DNA from: Gemmatimonadales bacterium
GTDB lineage: Bacteria > Gemmatimonadota > Gemmatimonadetes > Gemmatimonadales > GWC2-71-9
NCBI GenBank assembly: GCA_035518815.1
Contig: DATIXG010000074.1
Location: 441 to 64,440 of the forward strand
DNA: 64,000 nucleotides
Direction: 5' to 3'
Position 1 is the stretch's first letter. Each line of letters starts with the position of its first letter. Positions 8,775-23,316 of this stretch are shown in pieces. The position numbers and the translations under genes are program-made. Under the pieces are notes generated by a model. That model was not told the DNA's origin, did not search any database, and saw only the letters and a list, made by a program, of their open reading frames with translations.

Positions 8775-9685
8775 GCCACCCCCCCGAGCAGCTTGGCGAG
8801 GAGCGCCTTCTGGACGTGCAGCCGGTTCTCGGCCTGGTCCCACACGCGCGAGCGAGGGCCCTCGATCACGTCGGCCGAGACCTCTTCGCCTCGGTGCGCC
8901 GGCAGGCAGTGCAGGAAGATCGCCCCCGGATCGGCGAGCTTCATCAGGGCTGCATCCACCGCGTAGCCCTTGAACGCGTTGCGGCGGGACTCGGCCTCGT
9001 CCTCCTGCCCCATCGACGCCCAGACGTCGGTATTCACCACGTGCGCTCCTTCCACGGCTTCTTCGGGAACCTCGGTGATGGTCAGGCACGCGCCGGGGCG
9101 CGCGCGGGCTTCGTCGAACAGCGCCCGGTCGGGCTCGAACCCTTCCGGACAGGCGAGCCGCAGCTCGAACCCGAGCACCCCGGCGGCGTCGATCCAGCTG
9201 TTGGCCATGTTGTTGCCGTCCCCCACCCACGCCACGCGCTTCCCCTCCCACCCACCGAGCGTCTCCCGCATCGTGAACAGGTCGGCCAGCACCTGGCAGG
9301 GATGCATCAGGTCGGTCAGTCCGTTGATGACCGGCACCTGGGCGGCGCGGGCCATCTCCTCGACCTCCGCGTGGTCGAAGGTCCGGATCATGATCCCATC
9401 GACATAGCGCGACAGGACCCGCGCCGTGTCGGCGATCGGCTCGCCCCGCCCGAGCTGGATGTCGCGGTGGGACAGGAAGAGGGCCTGGCCACCCAGCTGA
9501 TACGTGCCCACTTCGAAGGAAACGCGGGTGCGGGTGCTGGCCTTGGCAAAGATCATCGCCAGGGTCTGGCCGGCGAGCGGCGTCTCGCGGTAAGCGCCCC
9601 GCTTCATGCGCGCCGCCAGGTCCATGAGGCGCCCGATCTCCTCGCTGGTCAGATCGGAAACGGCCAGAAAGTCCCGCTTGCCCAC
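8771..9685 (-). CDS. argF: Ornithine carbamoyltransferase
   Basis: STRTRVSFE carbamoyl-phosphate motif, HPCQ, HCLPAHRGEE; 304 aa. Confidence 0.9.
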   Translation of the reverse strand: MGKRDFLAVSDLTSEEIGRLMDLAARMKRGAYRETPLAGQTLAMIFAKASTRTRVSFEVGTYQLGGQALFLSHRDIQLGRGEPIADTARVLSRYVDGIMIRTFDHAEVEEMARAAQVPVINGLTDLMHPCQVLADLFTMRETLGGWEGKRVAWVGDGNNMANSWIDAAGVLGFELRLACPEGFEPDRALFDEARARPGACLTITEVPEEAVEGAHVVNTDVWASMGQEDEAESRRNAFKGYAVDAALMKLADPGAIFLHCLPAHRGEEVSADVIEGPRSRVWDQAENRLHVQKALLAKLLGGVA

Positions 9686-9760
9686 TAGTCGCCCCGGCGG
9701 CAGGTCAAAATGACAGTCTAGGAAGGGAGAGTCTAGCCCGCGCGCGTGGCGCTGACAAGG

Positions 9761-11292
<1,532 letters not shown>

Positions 11293-11293
<1 letters not shown>

Positions 11294-11832
11294 TATAGCT
11301 CCAGCACCGTGATGTGGTTGTTCGTGTACACGCAGATCTCCGCCGCGATTTGCAGCGACCGCTCGACGATCTGCTTCGCCGCCAGAGGGGACGCCGTGAG
11401 GAGCGCGCGCGCGGAAGCCAGGGCGTAGCTGCCTCCCGAGCCGATCGCGAGCACGCCGTCGTCCGGCTCGATCAGCTCGCCGGAGCCGGAGATGACATAG
11501 CCGTGCTCCTTGTCGGCCACCACGAGGAGCGCCTCGAGGCGCCGCAGGATGCGGTCCGAGCGCCAATCCTTGGCCAGCTCGACCGCGGCCCGGGGCAGGT
11601 TGCCCGGGTAGCGCTCGAGCTTCTCTTCGAACTTTTCGAACAGCGTGAACGCGTCCGCCGCGGCCCCCGCGAAGCCGGCGAGGATCCGCCCCCCCTTGAG
11701 GGTGCGGACCTTGTTCGCGTTGGCCTTCATCACCGTATCGCCGATCGTGACCTGGCCGTCGCCGCCCAGGGCCACCTGACCGTCCCGGCGCACGCAGAGG
11801 ATCGTGGTGCTGTGGATCCGTGGCATCTCCAA
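11293..11832 (-). CDS. hslV: ATP-dependent protease subunit HslV
   Basis: [23 protein letters not shown] catalytic N-terminus. Start is TTG 11832 (AAAGGA 8 nt upstream) or ATG 11826. Confidence 0.9.
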
Positions 11833-11849
11833 CTCAGCGTTCCTTTCGC

Positions 11850-12755
11850 TCAGGCCCGCGGATGGGCCCGGTGGTACACCTTCTTCAATCGCTCGACCGA
11901 TGTATGAGTATACACCTGCGTCGTGGAGAGCGAGGCGTGCCCGAGCAGCTCCTGCACGGCGCGCAGATCGGCGCCTGCGTCGAGCAAGTGCGTCGCGAAC
12001 GAGTGGCGGAGCGCGTGGACATGGAGGTCGCGCCCCCGCGGCAGCTCGCCGAACAGAGCTTTCATCGCGAGCTGCACCCCGCGCGGCGTGAGCCGGCGTC
12101 CCCGCAGGTTCAGAAACACCGCCCGCCGCTCGCCGCTAGTCGCCGAGAGCAGCGCGTCCCGGTGGCGGTAGTAATTCCGCAGCGCGGCCACCGCGTGGCC
12201 GCCGATCGGCACGATCCGCTCCTTTTTGCCCTTGCCGCGCACCTTGACCTGATCCGATACCAGGTCCACATCGGTCTCGTTCAGACCAGCGAGCTCGGAC
12301 AGCCGCAAGCCACCCGAGTAGAACAGCTCGAGCATCGCGAGGTCGCGCGCGCCCTTCGGCCCCGAACCTTCCGCCCGCCGCTCCGCGGCCGCGCACAACA
12401 GGTCCATCTCGGCGCGATCGAGATGCGTCGGCAGCGTGCGGCCGAGCTTGGGAGTGCGGGTCGCCTTGGCGGGATTCACCTCGATACCGCGCGTCAGGTT
12501 CAGGAACCGATAGAACGTGCGCAGCGCCGACAGGGCCCGGGCGGTCGAGCGCTTCGCGAGCCCCCGCTGCTGCAGGGCGCCCAGGAACCCCCGCACGGCG
12601 AGCCGATCCACCCCCGCCCACTGCCACGGGCCTCCGTAGAAACCGTCGCAGAACGCCGCGAACTCCGTCACGTCCCGGACGTAGGCGCGGACGGTATGCG
12701 GGGAGTCGTTGCGCTCCTTCGCGAGGAAAGCTTCGAATGCTTCCAGCTCGGGCAT
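11850..12755 (-). CDS. xerC: Tyrosine recombinase XerC/XerD family
   Basis: [30 protein letters not shown]-terminal SAM-like domain. The C-terminus has [12 protein letters not shown] and [14 protein letters not shown]. Start is ATG 12755; the track ORF is over-extended to 13268. Confidence 0.85.
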   Translation of the reverse strand: MPELEAFEAFLAKERNDSPHTVRAYVRDVTEFAAFCDGFYGGPWQWAGVDRLAVRGFLGALQQRGLAKRSTARALSALRTFYRFLNLTRGIEVNPAKATRTPKLGRTLPTHLDRAEMDLLCAAAERRAEGSGPKGARDLAMLELFYSGGLRLSELAGLNETDVDLVSDQVKVRGKGKKERIVPIGGHAVAALRNYYRHRDALLSATSGERRAVFLNLRGRRLTPRGVQLAMKALFGELPRGRDLHVHALRHSFATHLLDAGADLRAVQELLGHASLSTTQVYTHTSVERLKKVYHRAHPRA

Positions 12756-14082
12756 GCCGGTCACGCCGGTACCGCCGCGGCCCCGAGCTGGGCGACAAAG
12801 GTGTCCATGTCCCGCTGGGCGCGCGCCACGAGCTGGTCGCGACGGCGCGCCTTGTCCTTGACCGGTGCATCGAGCGGCTCGAGCAATCCGAAATTGGCAT
12901 TCATGGGCTGGAAGTGCGCGGGATCGGAGTCGCGGAGATAGCGGTACAGCGCACCCAACATGGTGGTCGGCGGCGGCACGAGCGGCGCCTCTCCCCTGAG
13001 AAGCCGCGCCAGGTTCGCGCCAGCCAGGATACCCGTCGCCGCCGATTCGGTGTAGCCCTCCACCCCGCTCAGCTGGCCCGCGAACAAGAGCATGGGCTCG
13101 TCCCGCGCTGCCAGATGCGGCGCGAGCGCGGCCGGCGAGTTGATGTAGGCGTTGCGGTGAAGGCTGCCGTAGCGCAGGAACTCCGCCTGCTCGAGCCCCG
13201 GAATGAGACGGAAGACCCGCTGCTGGTCCGCGATCCGGAGCCGGGTCTGAAACCCGACCAGGTTCCACATCTGTCCCGCCCGGTCTTCCTGCCGCAGCTG
13301 CACGACCGCATAGGGCATGCGGCCCGTGCGAGGGTCGGTGAGACCAACCGGCTTCATCGGACCGAACCGCAGCACGTCCCGGCCCCGGCGCGCCATCTCC
13401 TCCACGGGAAGGCAGCCCTCGAAGTACGGAGCGCGGTCGAACTCGTGCTTGGGCTGGTACTGGTCCGCCGCGAGGAGCGCCGCGAGGAACGTGTCGTACT
13501 CCGCTTCGGTGAGCGGGGCGTTCCAGTAGTCGTCGCCACCGCCTTTGCCGTAGCGCGAGGCGCGGAACAGCACGCTCCCCGCGAGCGAGTCACCCGCGAC
13601 GATGGGAGCGATGGCATCGTAGAACGCGAGCGCGGCCACGCCCAGGCGCTCGACAATCGCCCGGCTCAGGGCTTCCGACGTGAGCGGGCCGGTCGCGATC
13701 ACCGCCGGCGCGACGAGCGCCGTCACCTCGTCGCGCGCGATCGTGATACCGGGATGGCTCGAGACCCGCGCCTGGACCTCGTCGGCGAAGATCACCCGGT
13801 CCACGGCGAGGGCGGCGCCCCCGGGAACACGGGCGCGGTCGGCGGCGTCGAGCACCACGCTGCCGAGGCGCCGCATCTCGGCCTTGAGGAGGCCGTGCGC
13901 GTTCGCGAGCTCTTCGGACTTGAAGGAGTTGCTGCAGACCAGCTCGGCGAGCCGGTCGGTCTGGTGTGCGGCGGTCATGCGCACCGGCCGCATTTCGTGG
14001 AGGGTGACCGGGACGCCCCGCTCCGCCAACGCCCACGCGGCCTCGCTTCCCGCGAGCCCGCCCCCGACGACCGTCGCTCCGG

Positions 14083-16575
<2,493 letters not shown>

Positions 16576-16620
16576 GCATCAACCTTTCATCAACTCGCGA
16601 TCGCTCGCGGACCGGCATCT

Positions 16621-17139
16621 TTACCATCCGGCCCGGGTTTGCGCAAGCCTGACGACGTCAGTCGCCACTTGCGCCGCCGTCGCGCGGTCCGTGTCAACCT
16701 TTTCATCCGCTTTGAGGTACGCGGCCTCGCGCTCCTTGAGGAGCTGCCGCATCCGCTCCACGGGATCCTCTCCCATTAACAACGGCCGGGTTCCCTCGCC
16801 CTCGGTGCGGCGTGCCGCCGTGTCCGGCCGCGTGCGGAGATATACGACCAGCGCATACGCGCGCGCCGCGTCCACCGCGCCCGGCTGCGCAGCCCATCCG
16901 CCGCCCGACGCGATGATCGCCGGCTCCCCCGCGAGCGTGGTCTCCATCTCCTTGCGCTCGAGCTCGCGAAACGCCGGCTCGCCTCGCTCGGCGAAGATCA
17001 TCGTGATCGGCTTGCCCTCGCGGCGCACGATCACCGCGTCGATGTCAACAAATCCGCCCTGCAATTGTTCCGCGACTAGCCGCCCCACCGTCGTCTTGCC
17101 CGAGCCCGGAAGCCCGATCAACACGACATGCCGTTTCAC
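16621..17139 (-). CDS. aroK: Shikimate kinase
   Basis: VVLIGLPGSGKTTVGRLVAEQL Walker A; 172 aa. The GTG start overlaps the aroC TGA. Confidence 0.9.
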   Translation of the reverse strand: MKRHVVLIGLPGSGKTTVGRLVAEQLQGGFVDIDAVIVRREGKPITMIFAERGEPAFRELERKEMETTLAGEPAIIASGGGWAAQPGAVDAARAYALVVYLRTRPDTAARRTEGEGTRPLLMGEDPVERMRQLLKEREAAYLKADEKVDTDRATAAQVATDVVRLAQTRAGW

Positions 17140-18314
17140 GACGCTGCCCCTTTGGGCGTCCGGGCGCGGACCTGCGCCTGGTAGCCCTCGAAATTGCGCT
17201 TCATCTCGCTCAGCGCGTCGCCGCCGAACTTCTCAAGCATGGCCTCGGCCAGCGTCAGCGCTACCATCGCTTCGGCGATGACCCCCATGGCCGGTACTGC
17301 CGTCACGTCGGAACGTTCCGACTGCGCCTGCGCGGGCCCGCCGGTTTTCAAATCGACGGTGCGCAACGGCGACATCAGCGTCGAAATGGGTTTCATTGCG
17401 ACCCGCGCCACGAGCGGCTCGCCCGTGGTCATGCCTCCCTCGGTGCCGCCCGCGCGGTTTGTCGCGCGATCGAACCCGGGGAGGATTTCGTCGTGGACCT
17501 CGGAGCCCTTGCGGCGCGCGGCCTCGAAGCCCAGCCCGAGCTCGACGCCTTTCACGGCCGGGATGGACATCAGCGCGCGGGCCAGGCGCCCATCGAGCTT
17601 ACGGTCCCAGGAGATGTGGGAGCCCAATCCCACGGGCACGCCGAGCGCCAGAACTTCCACGACGCCGCCGAGCGTGTCGCCGGCCGCCTTCGCCGCGTCG
17701 ATCCGCCGGATGATCTCCTGCTCGGCGGCCGGGTCGAGACACCGCACCGGGCTCGCGTCGGCGGCGTCATTGAGCGGTGTGGGGAGCGGTACGGGAACCT
17801 TGGCGGCCACGCCGCCCAGCTCGGCGACGTAGCTCCCGATTTCGATGCCGAACTGGTCGAGCAGGATCTTGCACACCGCGCCGCACGCGACGCGCGCCAC
17901 GGTTTCCCGCGCGCTCGCCCGCTCGAGGATGTCGCGCGCGTCCTTCCGATCGTACTTGAGCACGCCGGTGAGATCCGCGTGGCCCGGCCGCGGGCGGGTC
18001 ACCTGGCGGCGCCGTTCCCCGCCGGGCGCGTCTGCCTCGGGCGCCATGACGTCCTGCCAGTGCTCCCAATCGCGGTTCCACACGAGCATCGCGATGGGCG
18101 AGCCGAGGGTCTCCCCCGCGCGCACGCCGGCGAGCCACTCGATCTGGTCGGATTCAATCTTCATCCGGGCGCCGCGTCCGTAGCCGCCCATCCGGCGCTT
18201 CAACTCGACATTGACCCGCTCGGCCGTGACCGGCAGGCCCGCGGGGATGCCTTCGAGGATCGCCGCCAGGCCGCGGCCGTGGGATTCTCCCGCCGTCGTG
18301 AAGCGAAACGTCAC
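17136..18314 (-). CDS. aroC: Chorismate synthase
   Basis: TFRFTTAGESHGRGLAAILEGIPAGL N-terminus and GGMTTGEP motif; GTG start. Confidence 0.9.
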   Translation of the reverse strand: MTFRFTTAGESHGRGLAAILEGIPAGLPVTAERVNVELKRRMGGYGRGARMKIESDQIEWLAGVRAGETLGSPIAMLVWNRDWEHWQDVMAPEADAPGGERRRQVTRPRPGHADLTGVLKYDRKDARDILERASARETVARVACGAVCKILLDQFGIEIGSYVAELGGVAAKVPVPLPTPLNDAADASPVRCLDPAAEQEIIRRIDAAKAAGDTLGGVVEVLALGVPVGLGSHISWDRKLDGRLARALMSIPAVKGVELGLGFEAARRKGSEVHDEILPGFDRATNRAGGTEGGMTTGEPLVARVAMKPISTLMSPLRTVDLKTGGPAQAQSERSDVTAVPAMGVIAEAMVALTLAEAMLEKFGGDALSEMKRNFEGYQAQVRARTPKGAAS

Positions 18315-18334
18315 TGCCAGACCTCCGGAAACAC

Positions 18335-18361
18335 GCGAGCCCGACCGACCGTCGGGCTCGC
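18335..18361 (-). terminator. Perfect 11-bp GC hairpin after the 845-aa gene
   Basis: gcgagcccgac / gtcgggctcgc with loop cgacc, 33 nt after the stop at 18394. On the minus strand it is followed by gtgTTTcc, a weak U-tract. Confidence 0.5.
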
Positions 18362-18393
18362 CGCTCTCACCGGTACCGCCGCCTGCCGTCGCG

Positions 18394-20931
18394 TCATGGG
18401 CGACGCACCCGCTGAGCGCGCGGGGGAGCCGGATTCGGGTTCGGGATCGGCGGCAACCGCACCATCACGAGTCCCCGTGAGGTCACCCCGAACAGCAGCT
18501 GGTTGCCACCGGCATCCTTCGCCACCCGCAGCGGGCCGACGATCGGGTCGCGTACGGGGATCGCGGTGATCAGGCCGTAGAAGAATGTATCGAACACCAG
18601 GATCTGCCCGCTCGGGTCCGCCGCGAAGACGACGCGGTTCGTCGAGTCGCGGGTGCCGCCGAACGCCGTCGTCCCACCCTGACCGGCCGCGAAGTCATGG
18701 AAGTAATTCATGTCCATGCCGTAGGCCCCGATCGGCGCGAAGGAGAGGCCCTTGAGCCGCAGCCCCTCGTCGAGGTAGTAGATCGAGTCCGCCCGGACGA
18801 GGTTCGTGCCGCCGTTGAAGTTGGTGGCGATGGACGAAATCTTCACGCCCGTGTTCGAGATGAAGTCGCTCACGTCCACCGCGGGCGACATGCCCAGATC
18901 GACGTCGATCGACCCCTGGTCGGTAGGCCCGGTCAGCGTGTCGGGTGACGTGCGGCAGAACACCGTGCTCCCGGAGGTCGAGGGGTGGACCAGGGTCCCC
19001 TTGCTCGTATAGCTCATCACGCGTCGGAACGTCGAGGCCGCGTTGCCGCCCTCGCCGAAGAAGCTGTGGGTAAAGTTCCCCGAGTTGCGCGCGTAGGTCG
19101 TGTCGCCGAGCCCGAAGGTCGAGAAGTTGATCGTGACTCCGGCGCACGCCGGGAGGATGACCTTGGTGTCGTTGTACGGCAGCCCGCGCCGCATCACGAC
19201 GCGCAGCGTATCCGTGAAGTCGCTGGCACCCTGGCCGCCGATTTCCCAGAAGAAATGGCCGAACAGCTGGGCGGGGTTGGCGGTGTTGATCAGTTTCTCC
19301 ATCCGCAACGTGCCCTTGCCGTCGAACGGCGAGCTCGAGCTGAGGGTCGGCGTCGTCGAGTACAGCGCGAACACCGAGTCCGTCTGGTTGCAGTTGCCGC
19401 GGCACACCGTGGCCACGAACTGCGGCCGGTCTGACAGGTCGTGGATCGTGATCCGCGCCGTGTACACCCCGGCGGCGATCTGGATCACCTTGTACAGCTG
19501 GATCTGGTAGTTCGGCAGATCCTGGCGCCAGCGCAGCCGTCGCGCCGCCACGTCGATGATCGAGAACTCCGTCCCGCCCGCGTCGGCGACGACGATCGAG
19601 TCGCCGTAGTTCCCCAGGGTGTCGTGCGGCCACAAGGCCACACCCCACGGCTGGGGTCCCGCCGTCAGAATGCCGCTTGCCACGAAGGCCGTGTTCGCAA
19701 CCTGGAACACCTCCACACGCGACAGCGGGTTGTTCGTCAGGTACAGCTCGCCCGTGCCGCCGCCGCCGTTCGCATTGAAAATCGCGTCCGCGATGTGGGT
19801 GCCGGGTTGTGGGAACCCGATCGTCACGCCGGCGACCACCTGGGCGGAATCCGACTTCGGGGGCGGGACGACGAAGTTGTTCTGGTTCGAGAACGCGCAG
19901 TTGCGCGCCGCCGCCTGATCGCAGGCATAGCCGTCAACCACAATGCTGGTCGGGAAGTTCGCGACCGCCGCGGACAGCTGCAGGCTGAACCGCCGCACCA
20001 CATCCGTGAACGCCCCGCCCACGGCCACCGAGTCAAAGCGTAGCTGGATGGTCGTGTCGGCCGCGAGCCGCACGCGGAACCCGATCCATGAGATCCCGCT
20101 CGGATCCGTGGCGTGGACCACCACGGTGTCGTTCACCTCGATGCGCGCCGCCAGGCTCTCGCTCACCTGCGGCGGGGTGTTGTCGTTCGCGGCGGAGAGC
20201 ACGTTCACGGTCACCACGTTGGTCGTGGCCCGCCGGCCGGCCGAGTCCTCGGCGAAGCCGGTGATCGTGAAGGTGCCTGTCGCCTGAACCACGGTCAGCG
20301 TGTCGACGTACTCGACCGAGTCCACGAACGGCACGGTGAACACGATGGAGTCGTTCGGCGGCACGGTCGGGTTGGTCACAGCCGCGGGCGGAGCGACCGT
20401 GAATCCGACTTTCCGGATACCCGAGAGCTGCTTGGCCACGACATCCACCAGCAGACTCCTGCCTGTCGAGGCGACGGCCCCCGTGGCAGGCGACAGCAAC
20501 TGCACCGTCAGCGCCTGCACGTTCGACAGGAAGATGACGAGCGTGTCCTCACCGAAGTTCCCGGCGCCGTCCGTCGCGCGGCCGATGATCGTGATGAACC
20601 CGCCGGCACCGGAGGTGGGCGGGAACGTCAGATGCACCGGCAGGGTGACCTTCTGCAGGGTCTGATTGAAAAAGATGGTATCCGTCGTGTCGATTAGGCC
20701 GCCCGCGTAAATAAGGCGGATGTCGTTCAACGCGAGGTTGTCGGTCGCGCTCGCCGTGAACGAGAGGCCGCTCGAGATCGGCTGGGTGTCCTGGGTCGCC
20801 GTCAGTACGATCTGCGGCGGCACGAGGTCCCGCTGGAACCCTCCCGGATTGCGCGCGGACTCGCACGCCCATCCCGCGAGGGCCAGTGCAGTGCCGCCCC
20901 AGACGATCGCCCTTACGGCTCCCGGCTTCAT
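18394..20931 (-). CDS. Secreted (possibly lipidated) protein with N-terminal Ig-like repeats and a large beta-rich C-terminal domain
   Basis: Signal peptide MKPGAVRAIVWGGTALALAGWAC. Three repeats have a PP(Q)I/V...ATD..G pattern (VPPQIVLTA...ATDNLALN; NTPPQVSES...ATDPSGIS). The C-terminal half has propeller-like strand motifs (VVADAGGTEFSIIDV, VVFAADPSGQILVFDT). The start is 13 nt after the pilQ stop. Confidence 0.7.
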   Translation of the reverse strand: MKPGAVRAIVWGGTALALAGWACESARNPGGFQRDLVPPQIVLTATQDTQPISSGLSFTASATDNLALNDIRLIYAGGLIDTTDTIFFNQTLQKVTLPVHLTFPPTSGAGGFITIIGRATDGAGNFGEDTLVIFLSNVQALTVQLLSPATGAVASTGRSLLVDVVAKQLSGIRKVGFTVAPPAAVTNPTVPPNDSIVFTVPFVDSVEYVDTLTVVQATGTFTITGFAEDSAGRRATTNVVTVNVLSAANDNTPPQVSESLAARIEVNDTVVVHATDPSGISWIGFRVRLAADTTIQLRFDSVAVGGAFTDVVRRFSLQLSAAVANFPTSIVVDGYACDQAAARNCAFSNQNNFVVPPPKSDSAQVVAGVTIGFPQPGTHIADAIFNANGGGGTGELYLTNNPLSRVEVFQVANTAFVASGILTAGPQPWGVALWPHDTLGNYGDSIVVADAGGTEFSIIDVAARRLRWRQDLPNYQIQLYKVIQIAAGVYTARITIHDLSDRPQFVATVCRGNCNQTDSVFALYSTTPTLSSSSPFDGKGTLRMEKLINTANPAQLFGHFFWEIGGQGASDFTDTLRVVMRRGLPYNDTKVILPACAGVTINFSTFGLGDTTYARNSGNFTHSFFGEGGNAASTFRRVMSYTSKGTLVHPSTSGSTVFCRTSPDTLTGPTDQGSIDVDLGMSPAVDVSDFISNTGVKISSIATNFNGGTNLVRADSIYYLDEGLRLKGLSFAPIGAYGMDMNYFHDFAAGQGGTTAFGGTRDSTNRVVFAADPSGQILVFDTFFYGLITAIPVRDPIVGPLRVAKDAGGNQLLFGVTSRGLVMVRLPPIPNPNPAPPRAQRVRRP

Positions 20932-20944
20932 GCGCGCGCTCCCG

Positions 20945-22891
20945 TTACTTCCCGACGCTCAAGTCGTCGATGATGTGCGGCGTGATCAGGATCAGCAGGT
21001 CGCGCCGGCTCTCCTGCTCGGTCGTGAACCCGAACAGCTTGCCCACAAAGGGCAGGTCTACAAGCAACGGAATTCCGGTCTTGGATACCGTGACCTCGGT
21101 CACCGTAAGTCCGCCAATTACAGCCGTTTCGCCGTCTGCCACCAGGATCTGATTGTCCGCCTGCTGGGTCTGGAACGTGAAGCCGATGTCGACCGACGCC
21201 GGTACGACGTTGGACCGCTCGGCGTGCACTTCCATCAGGATCTGCCGGTTCGCCGTGACGTGCGGCGTGACTTTGAGGTTGATACCGGTCTGTTCGAAGT
21301 CCACGGTGGCGCGTGGCGCCTGACCCCCGACCGTGGTGCCCGAGCTCACGTCGATCACGCGGATTGGGACACGATCGCCGACGAGGATTTGGGCCGGGCG
21401 GTTGTCCAGGGTCGTGATCGTGGGCTCGGCTTCGATGTCGTCGAGCTGCAGGGATTCGAGCGCCTGCAGGAAAGCGGTCAGGTTGAAGTTGCCGATCGCG
21501 GTCGAGAAGATCAGGTCGAGCGCGGGATTGACGACCGCCTGGCCCGCGTTCCCGAGGGCCGCGAGCGAATTGCCGCCCAGATCGATCACCGTTTGATCGG
21601 GCGAGAAGAACTGGGTCGGGACCGTTCCCGTCGGCACGCCGTTCGGGTTGAAGCCGCCCGGCTGTGCGCTCGACGGGATCGGCCGCTGCACGAGCCGGTT
21701 GAAGAACTGCGTCTGCGAGCCGAGGTCGTACTTGATGCCGAAGCTCTCGATGTCCGTGCGGTCGACGAAGATGATTTTCGCCTGGATCGATACCTGGGGC
21801 GTGCGGATGTCGAGGCCGCGCACGAACTGCTCGATCTCGCCGATGCGGTTGCGGACGTCCGTGATCACGAGTGAGTTGCTCGTGGTATCGGCGACCACCT
21901 GGCCCCGGTTCTTCGACACGATCGAGCGCACCGCGGGCAGCATGGCGGTGGCCTTGGCGTAGTTGATGCGCACGAGGCGAGTCTCGACCGGCACGGTGGA
22001 GTCGGCCCGCGCGAAGTCCGCCTTGTTGAGGACGTTGATGATCCCGCCCTCGAGGACCGTGTACGTGAGATCCTGCGATTCGAGTACGGCGGCGAAGGCC
22101 AGGTCCCACGGCTGGTTCTTGATCTCCGCCGTCACCTTGCCCTTCACTTCCCGGGCGATGATGATCGTGCGGCCGCTGAAGGCCGCGAAGCCTGCCACCA
22201 CGTCCTCGATGTCCGCGTCGTCCCAGCGCACGGTGATGCGCGGCGCCTGCGACTGCGCGCTCTCGCTCGCATGCGCCGCGAGGTAGCGATCGATGGTCGC
22301 GGGTTCGCCGATCCGCACCGACGCCGTTTGGTAACCGCTCGTCGGCGTGGCCTCGGGCATCGAGAGGCGGGCGAGCTCCGGACCGGCCGGCATCTCGTCG
22401 GCAGCCGCGGCCGGCGCCACAACGGTGGTGGCGGCCGCAACGGGCGTGGGAACCGCGCCCGCCGAGCGGCTGGACCAGGGGCCAAAGGCGGTCCGATCCG
22501 TTCCGATCTCCACGCGCACCTCACCCGGCGTGCGCTTCACCTGATAGTCCTTTACGACATCGAGATCGATCACGACCCGGACGACGTCGGGACGGTACTG
22601 CCCGTAGCGGAGGTTGCGCACCCCGCCGCGGTTCTGGCCGTCGTATGCCGCGGTCCTCCCATTCAGACGTGCGCCCTTGAGATCGAGCACGAGGCGCGCG
22701 GGATTGCTCAACGTGAAGTCCTGGACGTCCAGGGCGCCCTGGAACGCGATGACGACCGCCACCTTGCCGGAGGCCGGGACCACACTGACGGCGCGCACCT
22801 CGCCGTCGGGCCCGCCCCGGAACCCTGCGAGGGCCCGGGGAGGAGGCGCCGCGATGAGGACCATCGCGACGAGGGCAGCAAACACCTTCAT
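20945..22891 (-). CDS. pilQ: Type IV pilus secretin PilQ
   Basis: Signal peptide, AMIN domain (ARLVLDL...VVRVVIDL), secretin C-terminus (GIPLLVDLPFVGKLFG). The ATG overlaps the pilP TGA (ATGA). Confidence 0.9.
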   Translation of the reverse strand: MKVFAALVAMVLIAAPPPRALAGFRGGPDGEVRAVSVVPASGKVAVVIAFQGALDVQDFTLSNPARLVLDLKGARLNGRTAAYDGQNRGGVRNLRYGQYRPDVVRVVIDLDVVKDYQVKRTPGEVRVEIGTDRTAFGPWSSRSAGAVPTPVAAATTVVAPAAAADEMPAGPELARLSMPEATPTSGYQTASVRIGEPATIDRYLAAHASESAQSQAPRITVRWDDADIEDVVAGFAAFSGRTIIIAREVKGKVTAEIKNQPWDLAFAAVLESQDLTYTVLEGGIINVLNKADFARADSTVPVETRLVRINYAKATAMLPAVRSIVSKNRGQVVADTTSNSLVITDVRNRIGEIEQFVRGLDIRTPQVSIQAKIIFVDRTDIESFGIKYDLGSQTQFFNRLVQRPIPSSAQPGGFNPNGVPTGTVPTQFFSPDQTVIDLGGNSLAALGNAGQAVVNPALDLIFSTAIGNFNLTAFLQALESLQLDDIEAEPTITTLDNRPAQILVGDRVPIRVIDVSSGTTVGGQAPRATVDFEQTGINLKVTPHVTANRQILMEVHAERSNVVPASVDIGFTFQTQQADNQILVADGETAVIGGLTVTEVTVSKTGIPLLVDLPFVGKLFGFTTEQESRRDLLILITPHIIDDLSVGK

Positions 22892-23316
22892 GGCATCTCC
22901 TCCTGCTTGGCGAGCTGCAGACTCTCCTGCCGCTCGAAACCGAATTCTTGCACCGTGAACACGATCTCCCGCGGCCGGATCTGAGTGACTTTGAGCCGCC
23001 CCATCACGTCGCCCGCTTTGGCGCGGTACCGCTTCCCGTTGGTCACGTCGCGCAGCACCGCCACACTGCGCACGGGATACCGCTGGTCGTAGTAGATCCC
23101 CACGAGCTTCAAGTCGGTGAGCATCGGCCGGATGTCGCCCGAGCTGAGCAGCGAGACGAACGGATCGCGCCCGCCGCCTTCATACGCGAACTGCTCGCGC
23201 AGCAGGGTGACCGCGGCGGAATCGTGCTTCGCCGTGTCAGGTCTCGCGGCCTGGCCCGCAAGGCGGGTTATAGCGACGAGGCCCAGCCCGGCCACGAGCA
23301 CGCCCGCGCGGATCAC
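22888..23316 (-). CDS. pilP: Pilus assembly protein PilP-like
   Basis: 142 aa, N-terminal TM/signal, DPF motif (GGGRDPFVSLL), beta-rich C-terminus; position is between pilO and pilQ. GTG 23316 overlaps the pilO TGA. The track ORF is over-extended to 24540. Confidence 0.7.
   Translation of the reverse strand: MIRAGVLVAGLGLVAITRLAGQAARPDTAKHDSAAVTLLREQFAYEGGGRDPFVSLLSSGDIRPMLTDLKLVGIYYDQRYPVRSVAVLRDVTNGKRYRAKAGDVMGRLKVTQIRPREIVFTVQEFGFERQESLQLAKQEEMP

Noticed and set aside
7671-9251. Over-extended N-termini in the ORF track: gcvT to 9251, xerC to 13268, trmFO to 14590, pilP to 24540, the M28 gene to 55083, the SprA-like gene to 61001, lptG from 61862, and others.
   Set aside because: The extensions are Arg/Gly-rich, run through the upstream gene, and precede recognisable native N-termini. 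Those N-termini begin at a GTG/ATG overlapping the upstream stop.
9700-9725. Possible ARG box upstream of argF (GTCAAAATGAC).
   Set aside because: Only 4-bp inverted arms, and a poor match to the TGAAT-N4-ATTCA half-site consensus.
11850-12755. Tyrosine recombinase as a possible integrase marking a mobile element.
   Set aside because: It sits in the conserved topA-trmFO-xerC-hslVU housekeeping cluster. No att-like repeats, tRNA or phage genes are nearby.
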